The notes beneath the pieces are model-generated. The model saw only the letters and a list, made by a program, of their open reading frames with translations, did not search any database and was not told where the DNA came from. The position numbers were made by a program, and so were the translations under genes. 64,000 bases of DNA, from the NCBI GenBank assembly GCA_951406725.2, contig OX597816.1, positions 45,508,001 to 45,572,000 of the forward strand, written 5' to 3'. The DNA comes from Octopus vulgaris. Lineage: Eukaryota. The stretch's first letter is position 1. Each line of letters opens with the position of its first letter. Below are positions 53,325 through 64,000 of the stretch, one piece after another.

Positions 53325-54221
53325 GTAAGCATTACTTCTTTCATTTCTTTTAATGATTTCAGTCACTGGACTGTAGCCATGCTGGTGCTATGCCCTCAAT
53401 GATTTTTGTCAAATATCTTTTATCTTTCACCTGTTTCTGTCATTGAACTGTGGCCATCCTGGGGCACCACCTTGAGGGATTTAGTCAAATAAATCCACAC
53501 TATTACCTTTTTTTTTGTGTGTGTGTGTGTGTGGTACTTATTCTAATGATCTCTTTTGCTAAATTCTTTTACTTGTTTCAGTCATTTTGACTGTGGCCAT
53601 GCTGGAGCACCGCCTTTAATCGAGCAACTCGACCCCAGGACTTATTCTTTGTAAGCCCAGTACTTATTCTATCGGCCTGTTTTGCCAAACCGCTAAGTGA
53701 CGGGAGCATAAACACAACAGCATCGGTTGTCAAGCAATGCCAGGGGGACAAACACAGACACAATTTACACGCACACATATATATATATACATATATACGA
53801 CGAGCTTCTTTCAGTTTCCGTCAACCAAATCCACTCACAAGGCTTTGGTCGGCCCGGGACTATAGCAGAAGACACTTGCCCAAGGTGCCACGCAGTGGGA
53901 CTGAACCTGGAACCATGTGGCTGGTAAGCAAGCTACTTACCACACAGCCACTCCTGCGCCTAAATTCTTTTACCAAACCAATACTGGTTATCAAGTAGTT
54001 GTGAGAGGACAAACACAAAGACACACACCCATATACATAGACCCATCAAGTTTAGGCTTAAGGCCTGCAATTTTGGAGTTGGAGTTAAATCAATTACTTG
54101 AACCCCAGTGCTCAACTGGTACATATATTATCAACTCTGAAAGAGTGAAAGGCAAAGTTTTAATAATAATGATAATACATTATTTACAATTGATATTTGT
54201 CCTCATCTTGTTTGTTGTTAA

Positions 54222-54262
54222 CACAACATTTCGGCTGATATACCCTCCAGCCTTCATCAGGA
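54222..54262 (-). ncRNA. Hammerhead ribozyme core (CUGAUGA...GAAA)
   Basis: CUGAUGA-A-GGCUGG AGGGUAUA UCAGCC-GAAAUGUU-GUGU. The stem I 5' strand does not pair in this copy. Confidence 0.6.
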
Positions 54263-54314
54263 AATTTCGAACCTGGGTTCTCATTCCTAAGGTATTTTTC
54301 GATGTTTGTTGTTA

Positions 54315-54366
<52 letters not shown>

Positions 54367-54392
54367 CATTATTATTATTATCATTATTATTA

Positions 54393-54450
<58 letters not shown>

Positions 54451-54634
54451 TTTAATGTCCGCTTTCCATGCTAGCATGGGTTGGACAATTTGACTAAGGT
54501 CTGGCAAACCAGATGGCTGCACCAGGCTCCAATCTGATCTGGCAGAGTTTCTACAGCTGGATGCCCTTCCTAACGCCTACTACTCCGAGAGTGTAGTGAG
54601 TGCTTTTATGAATTATTATTATTATCATTATTCA

Positions 54635-54708
54635 GGTCACTGCCTGGAATCGAACTCGGAATCTTGGGGTTAGTAGCCCGCGCTCTTAACCACTAAGCCA
54701 TATGCCCC
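54635..54708 (-). pseudogene. tRNA-derived Pol III promoter head (not a functional tRNA)
   Basis: GGGGCATATGGCTTAGTGGTTAAGAGCGCGGGCTACTAACCCCAAGATTCCGAGTTCGATTCCAGGCAGTGACC: A box, B box and cloverleaf-like spacing, but the acceptor stem is mispaired. Confidence 0.75.
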
Positions 54709-54849
54709 GAAACGTGTTAACAACAAACAAGATGAGGACAAATATCCGTCAATTGTAAATAATGTAAATAATGTACATAATTCCTCATCTCTTAAATATA
54801 GAACTGTATAATGATAATAATATATATTTCTTGATGCCTTTTCTTCCAG

Positions 54850-54915
54850 GAACACATGACCAAAGAAGAACTGATTCGTGAAGCCCAGCCACTAAGTGAG
54901 ACATCATTTAAGTCA
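54850..54915 (+). CDS. MUS81: MUS81 coding exon 6
   Basis: EHMTKEELIREAQPLSETSFKS; ag/gtaagt boundaries, phase 0 to 0. Confidence 0.93.
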
Positions 54916-57590
54916 GTAAGTAATTTCTTAAGTTATTTATTGAATTAGGGAGATAATAAGAGAAGAGAAAATGATTAAACCATTCTTGACCATATTTCTA
55001 ATGAAATACACTGTCCCCATCACCATTTTACTTCTGCTTTGTCTGCTGGCTTCAGTTAGACAGATGATTGAGTTTCATGTCAATATTTATCCAGCCTTCG
55101 AAATTCTCTCTTTACTCCTTTACTTGTTTCAGTCATTTGACTGCGGCCATGCTGGAGCACCGCCTTTTAGTCGAGCAAATCGACCCCAGCACTTATTCTT
55201 TGTAAGCCTAGTACTTATTCTATTGGTCACTTTTGCCGAACCGCTAAGTTACAGGGACGTAAACACGCCAGCATCGGTTGTCAAGCAAAGTTGGGGGACA
55301 AACACAGACACACAAACATACTCACATATATATATACATATATAGGACAGGCTTCTTTCAGTTTCCGTCTACTAAATCCACTCACAAGGCTTTGGTCAGC
55401 CCGAGGCTATAGTAGAAGACACTTGCCCAAGGTGCCACGCAGTGGAACTGAACCTGGAACCATGTGGTTAGTAAGCAAGCTACTTACCACACAGCCACTC
55501 CTGCATATAAATGTATATATTTATATATTTTCATATTAAATAAGTGTGAAGGCACATGGTGTAGTGGTTAGGGTGTAGGACACATGGTTGTAAGATTGTG
55601 GTTTCAATTCTTGGACCTGGCGATGCATTGTGTTCACATTGCTCCAGTGCACTCAGCTGATAAAAATGAGTAATCCTGCGATGGACTAGCTTCCCATCCA
55701 GGGAGGAATATATTTGCCAGAGAAACCAGGAAACCAGCCCTATGCTCCTTATGAAGTAATGTGGGTCAACCATATTAACTAAGCAAGAATTTGAAGGGAT
55801 TTAGTGTAACTAACTGTCCTTCACTTTTGCCATTGTCCACTTCTATTACTGTCCTTCACTTCCTCTGCTTCCACCTCACTCCAATCACTCTGTTTTTACC
55901 ATCATATTCTTGTTCTCTTCACCCACCCAGTCTAGTTCTTTAGTCTGTCTCTTCTATTCATTTTCTCAGTCACATTGCCTTGAGCAAACTAACATCATAG
56001 TGTAGTGAAGACTTTTCAGTCTTACAGGGTACAAGGCAACCTCAGTAGTGCTGATGCCACAGCAAAATATACCCAGAGCATTCTGTAAAGCGGTTTAGTA
56101 ATAGGAATGATGTCCAGATGTAGAAACCAAGCCAAAAAGGAGATAGTATGAACATGTCATGGCACTTCATCCCATGGCAGGAAGAGAACGCTAACTCCAA
56201 ATAAGAACTGGTGCTGATTGTGATGACCCATCCAACTCATGCTAGTGTAGAAAGTAGACATAAAATGTTGTTGTTTTTGTTGAGGATGATGATGATGATG
56301 ATGATGATGATGGATTTTTGTTTTGTATTTGGTTTTTGTGTCACCCACATCTTTAGCAATGAAACAATTTTAAAAATATATGCATCCACTTCAGATTACA
56401 TTGCAGTGCAGGCATGGTTGTGTGGGTTGAGAAACCTGATTCTCAATCATGTGGTTTCAGGTTCAGTCTCACTGCATGGCATCTTTGGTAATTGTCTTTT
56501 ATTATAGCTCCAGGCTGACCAAAGCCTTGTGAGTGGATTTGTTAGACAGAAACTGAAATTAGTCTGTCATGTGTGTGTGTGTGTGTGTACACTTATGTTT
56601 GATGTCATGTGACGGTTGTAAGTAATCATCTTCATCATAAAAGCAATGTTGTTCATTTCTGGTCTTCTGTGAAACACATACCTGGCCATTAGAATGTATT
56701 ACCTTACTTGCAAACATGTGAGGGTAGGCAACAAAAAGGACATCCAACCATTGAAAATCTGTCTCAACAAATCCCATTTGACCCCTGCAAGCATGGAAAA
56801 GTGAGCATTAAAACAATAGCAATGATGGTAGTGGTGTATGAATATACATTTAAGTGCAGTGAGTGAAAAAATAATAGAAGCAAATTCAAGTAATAATAAT
56901 AATAATAAGCTAGGTCTTTACCTATTACTATGTTGCCGGTAAAAATATTTGTCAATCATGTACATGCCTTCTTTTAATAGTAGACTGTTAAGTAGTGAAA
57001 GTCTTGTTAGTTTCTATGGTGATAACAGTCTATCTATCTATCTATCTCTCTATTTATCTTTCACACATACTCTCTCTCTCTTTCTTCCCTCTCTCTCTCT
57101 CTCTTGACAGCAACAACAAACTCATTATAATGAAAGTCTATTATAAAGTATGTGTTGTATCGTCTCTGTGTTGAAAGGTATACAGAAAGGAACAGACACA
57201 CAAACAACCCCAAAAATATCTATATTGTTATATAATGAAAGTCTTTTTTTTTTTCTGAAGCTGTGTCACATTGTGTTGACAGACTTGCACTTAACACTCC
57301 TGTGTTTTTAATGAAAACCTGTTAGTTACTATGGTGACAACACTACCTACCTATCTATCTTTCTCACACACACACTCTCTCTCTCTCTCTCTCTCTCTGT
57401 ATTCTCTCTCAACAACAATTTTTTCTCCTCTTCTAAACATATGTTGTGACGGACAGACAGATGTAGATCTGCTTCTCTTTTATAATATAAGATTACATTG
57501 CACATACAAACATACAGCAGTATCATGGCTCCTCTACAGTTCTTAAACTTGTTTGCAGTTCTTCAATAGACTTTATCTTTTATCTTTCAG

Positions 57591-57676
57591 GTGGGAGATT
57601 CTTACTACTCTGCTTGGTCCTCAGTCAGAACTCTAATAAAGAAAGAACTTGTTGTAAAACAAAGCAGTCCTGCAAA
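57591..57676 (+). CDS. MUS81: MUS81 coding exon 7
   Basis: VGDSYYSAWSSVRTLIKKELVVKQSSPA-K matches the WH motif Y.AW.S...L..K.LV....P; phase 0 to 2. Confidence 0.93.
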
Positions 57677-58248
57677 GTAAGCATTGTGTTTTACTACCAT
57701 ACCCACCTCAAACTCACCTAACATATACCTATTTTTATGGGATCAGGTCTGTGCCTACAGGTTGAACTAAAACAGATTTGAGAAACACAGTTTGCCAATA
57801 GATTTGAAATCTAGGCATCTTCGACTCAACAAAGTCTAGGTCTTGCTTCTAATTAATCAATATTACTATTGTATGTTTTCATGCTACCTATGGCCATAGG
57901 TAGTTGAGGTTTGACCATGCTATCTTTCTTTGTAGTTTAGAAACTTACTACTCAACTATGCCATCTTGAGTTTAGTCCCACTGCATGGCATCTTGAACAA
58001 GGGTCTTCTATTATAGCCCTATGTTGTTAAAGCCCTGTGTGTGGATTTGGTAGATGGAAATTGAAAGAAACCCATCCTAGGTACAGACATGGCTATGTGG
58101 TAAGAAGTTTGCTTCCCAACCAAACCACATGATTCCACAGGTTCAGTTCCACTGCATGGTACCTTGGGCAAGTGTTGTCTACTATAGCTTTGGGCCGACC
58201 AAAACTTTGTGTGTGGATTTGGCTGACAGAGATTGAAGAAGCCCATCG

Positions 58249-58289
<41 letters not shown>

Positions 58290-59267
58290 CATCATCATCC
58301 TTTAACATCCGTTTCCATGCTGGCATGGGTTGGACTTATATATATATATATATAGCAGAGCTTTCCAAAATTACCACAGTGATAGCACAGTGTTTAAAAA
58401 GGGTTCACAATACATTAATTTGCTTTTGTTAACCAGGCACAAAAATTAACTATACTAATGAATAATTAAATACCTTATCACATTATATCTCATATATACT
58501 TCAAAGTATATCTAATATAAAAATTTTATGAATATTGATTTGAGAACCAATATTCCCAAGAATTCTTCAGATTTAACTTAGTTCTGTAAGATGTACCTGG
58601 AGATTATTAGTGACACACTGAAGTGTCACGTCACAACAAACAGTTTGGAAACATCTAGTTTAATATCTTGAGAACTCTAGATAAGAATTTTGCACAGTAT
58701 ACACCAAGAGTCGATGGCATGACATCTTTTATTTTCAATTTAGATTTAGTAGGTGCAGACTTGGCAGTGTGGTAAGAAGTTTGCTTGCCAACCACATGGT
58801 TCTGAGTTCAATCCCACCTTGGGAAAGTGTCTTCTACTATAGCCCCAAGTTAACAAAGCCTTATGAGTGGATTTGGCTGATGGAAGCTGAACGCCTGTCG
58901 TGTGTGTGTTTGTGTGTCCCCTTGCCTTAATATCGTATGATAGCTGTAAACAAATGTCACCTGCATGCAAGCGGTGTCCTTTGTTCCCCATCTTCTGCAA
59001 AAATATTACCTTACTTGGAAACAGGTGAGGGTTAGCAACAGGAACAGCATCCAGATGTAGAAAACCCGCTTCAACAAAATTCCATCTGACCCATGCAAAC
59101 ATGGGAAAGTGGATGTAAAAATTATAATGAAATGATGATGATTTACTTTGTAAGATCTTACCAACTTGGTTCTATTTACTGTTTTTGTCATTTTATGTTA
59201 TCTTCTCTTTTTTTTTTATATTTTATCTTCTCTTTTTGTTCTTATTTTCTTTTTTCTTATTCTCCAG

Positions 59268-59501
59268 ATATTCTTTGACAGATTCTGGGCAATCATTGGC
59301 CTCAATACTTTCTCAGTCAGCACAAGACCCCGAAAGCATTGTGCCTTTTCTATCTGGTGATGAACCTAGCAGTACCACATCAATTCCACCGGCAGCATGT
59401 GAAACATTCACAGTTCTTAACTCTGTTTCAAATGCCAGAAAATTCTCACCAATCAAAGAAAATTCTTCTAATCTGGATAAATTTCTTCGACAAAACTCCA
59501 A
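59268..59501 (+). CDS. MUS81: MUS81 coding exon 8
   Basis: YSLTDSGQSLA (end of the WH domain) followed by linker; phase 2 to 2. Confidence 0.88.
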
Positions 59502-59684
59502 GTAAATATCAACATTTGGTAATATTTCTTTTGAGCAAGTTGGCAAGCTGGCAGAATTGTTAACACGCTGGGAAAAATGCTTGGCAGCATTTCATCCATC
59601 TTTACATTCTGAGTTCAAATTCCACCAAGGTCCACTTTGCCTTTCTTCCTTTCTGGGTCGATAATATAAGTACCTGTTGAGCTC

Positions 59685-59845
59685 TGGGGTTGATGTCATA
59701 AAATAAGTACCAGTTGTGCACTGGGGTTGATGTCATTAAAATAAGTACCAGTTGAACACTAGGGTTGATGTCATAAAATAAGTCCTAGCTGAGCACTGGG
59801 GTTGATGTTATAAACTAAGTACCAGTTGTGCACTGGGGATGATGA
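59685..59845. repeat. 4 x ~37-bp tandem amplification inside a SINE B
   Basis: TAAGTACCAGTTG..CACTGGGGTTGATGTCATAAAA repeated. Confidence 0.8.
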
Positions 59846-60177
59846 ACTTACTGGCTGTGTGCCAAAATTTGAAACAATGTTTCTTTTGAACAGGCTGGTA
59901 GGTCACTATGTTGCTTTGATATAAACTAGGTCCTAGTGTCAATATTCTAAATTCAAACTCTACACAGTTTGGCCTAAATTTTCAGCTTCCAATATCAAAG
60001 TGTGCAGTATATGTGTGCAGTGGGCATACAAATATGTAAATGCATATTCCCTGTACCCCTACTACCAAACTGATATTCCTTATGACTATCTTAAGGTCCG
60101 TCTCTAATCATCTGTCACATTCCTTACACATTCTTACAAACTTACCTACCCACCCTTTCTGTTTTTCTATCACTATT

Positions 60178-60350
60178 CTCTCCCTCTTTCATATTCACCA
60201 TGTACCTTGAGGGTACACTCTCACCATCTCTCTCTCCCTCTTTCATATTCACTTTGTACCTTGAGGGTGCACTCTCACCATCTCTCTCTCCCTCTTTCAT
60301 ATTCACTATGTACCTTGATGGTACTCTCTCACCATCTGTCTCTCTCTCTC
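60178..60350. repeat. 3 x ~54-bp tandem repeat
   Basis: CTCTCCCTCTTTCATATTCAC.ATGTACCTTGA.GGT.C.CTCTCACCATCT repeated. Confidence 0.85.
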
Positions 60351-60892
60351 TCTCCAGCTGGGAAAGCCATGTACTCTCCTCTTCAGCAAGACATCTCTTC
60401 CTGTCCCTCTCTCATGCTTTCTCCTCCTTCAATACTTTACCCCACTCAACCGAGGGAGTCTTGTCTTATGAGCACTTGGCAACCTCACTGGTGCTGGTGT
60501 CACAAAAAAGTATGCAGTACACTCTATAAAATGGTTGCTGTTAGGAAGGACATCTGGCTGTAGAAATCATGCCAAAACAGACATTGGAGCTCAGTACTGT
60601 CTTCTAGCCTGTTGGTTCCTGTCACACCATCAAACCCATAACCAACACCTACATTGAAAAAGGGACGATGTGGTGTTGGCACAGTGGAAAAATAAAATCA
60701 AAATGTTAATTACTTTTTATGAAAAATTAAGTCTTCGTTCTCTTTGTAAAACTCTATCAATGAGAAAAATTAACACTGCATCAATAATTGTTCTTTTTTT
60801 ATACAAGAAAAAAAAATAACACTCCATTCTCTTTGTAACATGCATCTTGTTTATATACATATATATTTTTTTCTTTTTGGTTAATGAATCAG

Positions 60893-61090
60893 TGTGGGAG
60901 AAGTTGTTCATGTAGATGATGTAGTCTGCATTGATGATGATGATGATGATGATGTCTGCCAAACTGACCGTTGTGAAGAGGATGGCCCAAATTTAGTTGT
61001 TACGAAAGCCACTATCAACCCAGAATTAGTACTACAACCCTACACGTTTGATATTATTCTTCTTGTTGATAACCGTGAGTTTTATGGTGG
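60893..61090 (+). CDS. MUS81: MUS81 coding exon 9 (entry to the ERCC4 nuclease domain); gene continues beyond the window
   Basis: ...LVLQPYTFDIILLVDNREFYGG matches MUS81 L.P..Y/F.V.L.VD.RE; phase 2 to 2, gtaagt donor. Confidence 0.9.
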
Positions 61091-61150
61091 GTAAGTGCTC
61101 AGTTTATATTTTTATTTGCTGTTGTTGTTGTCGCTGTTGCAGCTGGTGCT

Positions 61151-61200
<50 letters not shown>

Positions 61201-62265
61201 CGTTGCCCGAGCAATGTCGTTGCCAGTGCCGCTGGACTGGCTCCTGTGCAGGTGGCACATAAAAAAACCACCATTTGAGTGTGGCTGTTGCCAGTACCGC
61301 CTGACTGGCCCTCTTGGAGTGGTTGACGTTAGGAAGAGCATCCAGCTGTAGAAACTCTGCCAGATCAGATTGGAGTCTGGTGCAGCCATCTGGTTCACCA
61401 GACCTCAGTCAAATTGTCCAACCCATGCTAGCATCGAAAGCAGACGTTAAACGATGATGCTGCTGCTGCTGCTGCTGATGATGATGATGCATACAAACAC
61501 ATTGAAAACATGCATAAACATTTGCAAACAGAGCAGATACAATAAACAGTTTGAAATTTTAGTGCAAAGCCAGCAATTTTAGCTAGCAATTTTCAGGGAG
61601 TGGGGATAGTAAATTACATTGACTCCTGTGTCTTACTGGTACTTATTTTATCTACCCCCAAGTGGATGAAAAGCAAAGTCGACCTCAGTGGAATTTGAAC
61701 TCAGAATGTAGAGTGCTGATGGAAATGCTATTAAGCATTTTGTTCAACAGGTTAACGATGAACACCATTCATATGTATTTACAACTATATACAATGAAAG
61801 GTGTGCAATCAATTGTGTATAAACAAACAATATACATTAACTTCGACTAACATTTCTTGCATTCTGTTAATATTCCTGAAGATAGCCATATGCATGTTTG
61901 AAAACGCTTAAAATTCAAGTTTTTGCAAACATTTATAAACTGAGCATATATACATTTTTTGTTTTTTTATGCGCCTTTTTCAAGCCTAGCCAGGCTCATT
62001 GGTCTGGTTTCCCAGTTTCTATGGCATATATGCCCCTCCCCCAGCTGGACGGGACGCCAGTCCATTGCAGCATTACTCAAGAAGAGAGAGTGAGAGAAAG
62101 TTGGGGCAAAAGAGTACAACAGGGGTCGCCACCACCCCCTGCCGGAGCCTCGTGGAGCTTTACGTGTTTTCGCTCAATTAACACACACAACGCCCAGTCT
62201 GGGAATCGAAACCGCGATCCTCTGACGGCGAGTCAACTGCTCTAACCACTGGGCCATTGCGCCTC

Positions 62266-62375
<110 letters not shown>

Positions 62376-63899
62376 TACCAATTATATGTATTTGCACCTA
62401 AACACAATGTCAGGTGTGCAATCATAATTGTCATCATACGTCTGTTTTCCATACTGGCATGGGTTGGACAGTTTGACAAGAGCTAACCAGCTGCAGAGCT
62501 GCCCAGGTTTCAATTGTCTGTTTTGGTATAGTGTCTATGGCTGGATACCCTTCCTAATACCAACCACTTCACAGAGTGTACTGGCTGCATTTTAATTAGC
62601 ACTGGCACTTTTACATGACACCGGCACACATGCTTTTATGTGGCATCAGCTTGGGTGCTTTTACATGACACTGACAATCAGTTGTATATAAACACACAAT
62701 ACATCCCAGCTTCAACTGATATTTCCCACATTCTGTTAATATTCCTGAAGATGGCCACATGCTTGTTCGTAAGCTTGAGATGCAACTTTGTGTTTTTTCT
62801 TCTGCAGTATCTCTCTACTAATTCATTGAAGTTTTTGTTTCCTATTGCAGTATAAAATGTGCTGAATAAGTCATTCTCTACCGTATTCATGGGATTCTAA
62901 ACAGAAAGACATCGGAGAAGAAATATATCTTTTATCCTTTAACATCCACTTTTCCATGCTTGCATGGGTCAGACAAAATTTGTAGAGTCAGATTTTCTAT
63001 AGCCAGATGCCCTTTATGTCGCCAGCCCTCATTTGTTTCCTAGCAAGGTAATATTTCCCAATAAGGCAGCGAGCTGGCAGAAACGTTAGCACACTGGGCG
63101 AAATGCTTAGCGGTATTTCGTCTGCCGTAACATTCTTAGTTCAAATTCCACCGAGGTCAACATTGCCTTTTGTCCTTTCGGGATCGATAAATTAAGTACC
63201 AGTTACGCACTGGAGTTGATGTAATTGACTTAATCTTTTTGTCTGTCCCTGTTTGTCCCCTCTACGTTTGGCCCCTTGTGGGGAATAAAGAAATTAAGGT
63301 AATATTTCCCAAAGTCCAGACATGGGTTTCGCTGAAGACTGGAAACAAACAACTTCAATGTCACTTGTATGATGATGATGATGCTCATCTAAAATTATCA
63401 TGTAATGTCTAGACATGGGTACATACAAACACTCACATGCATACACACACACACACACACACACACATACATATATATGTGCCAGTTTCGCTGTGTGGTA
63501 AGAAGCTTGCTTCCCAACCACATGGTGCAGGGTTCAGTCCCACTGAGTGACACCTTCAGCAAGTGTCTTCTACTCTAGCCTCAGGCTGACCAAAGCCCCT
63601 TGTGAATGGATTTTGTAGACGGAAACTGAAAGAAGCCCATCATGTATGTGTGTGTGTATGTGGTATGTGTCTTTATGTCTGTGTTTGTCCTCAACCACCA
63701 CTTTCGCAACCAGTGCTGGTGTGTTTATGTCCTAGTAACTTAGTGGTTTGGCAAAAGAGACCAATAAGAATACATACCAGCTTTAAAATATAAGCATTGG
63801 GGTCAATTCCTTTGACTAAAATTCTGCAAGGTGGTGCCGCTAAAAGGAAATAAAAGATATACACAACAGACTTCTTTCAGTTTCCATCTACCAAAGCCA

Positions 63900-63938
<39 letters not shown>

Positions 63939-64000
63939 AAATTATATAGGAAAATACGCACACTTACATAGTTTTAATATAATTTTTAATATATCGACCA

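Larger units (their letters stand above)
54178..54807 (-). mobile_element. Chimeric non-autonomous retroelement: tRNA-like head, (TAA)n spacer, hammerhead/PLE-like 3' end, and inverted partial terminal copy
   Basis: Head at 54708-54635, hammerhead at 54260-54222, inverted copy of the 3' end at 54707-54807, candidate TSD ATAATGATAATA (54166-54177 and 54808-54819). A SINE D is nested at 54449-54610. Confidence 0.65.

Noticed and set aside
54635-54708. Functional tRNA gene
   Set aside because: Acceptor, anticodon and T stems are mispaired and there is no oligo-T terminator; it is a retroelement head.
62800-62870. Candidate next MUS81 exon after the ctgcag (62808) or ttgcag (62850) acceptors
   Set aside because: Both give an in-frame stop within seven codons in the required phase and show no ERCC4 motif.

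Overview
AT-rich, microsatellite-saturated animal genomic DNA. The repeat complement looks like an octopus/coleoid cephalopod genome; this is an inference from the SINE types. The right half carries the 5' part of a + strand MUS81 (crossover junction endonuclease) gene: 9 coding exons between 38554 and 61090 with consistent GT-AG sites and phases, continuing beyond the window. The left half contains a near full-length Penelope-like retroelement (PLE; RT, Zn-knuckle linker and C-terminal GIY-YIG, Neptune-type) on the - strand, with two frameshifts and a minimal hammerhead ribozyme motif in its 3' end. Related hammerhead motifs occur in non-coding PLE derivatives at 28.8 and 39.1 kb, and in a chimeric element at 54.2-54.8 kb made of a tRNA-like Pol III head, a (TAA)n spacer, a hammerhead/PLE-like 3' end and an inverted partial terminal copy. 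The rest comprises four SINE-like families, remnants of Chapaev3, DD41D, mariner, piggyBac, Helitron and LINE elements, a decayed 18S rRNA fragment, minisatellites, foldback palindromes and a 100-N gap. Nearly all short ORFs in the supplied track are microsatellite or SINE artefacts.
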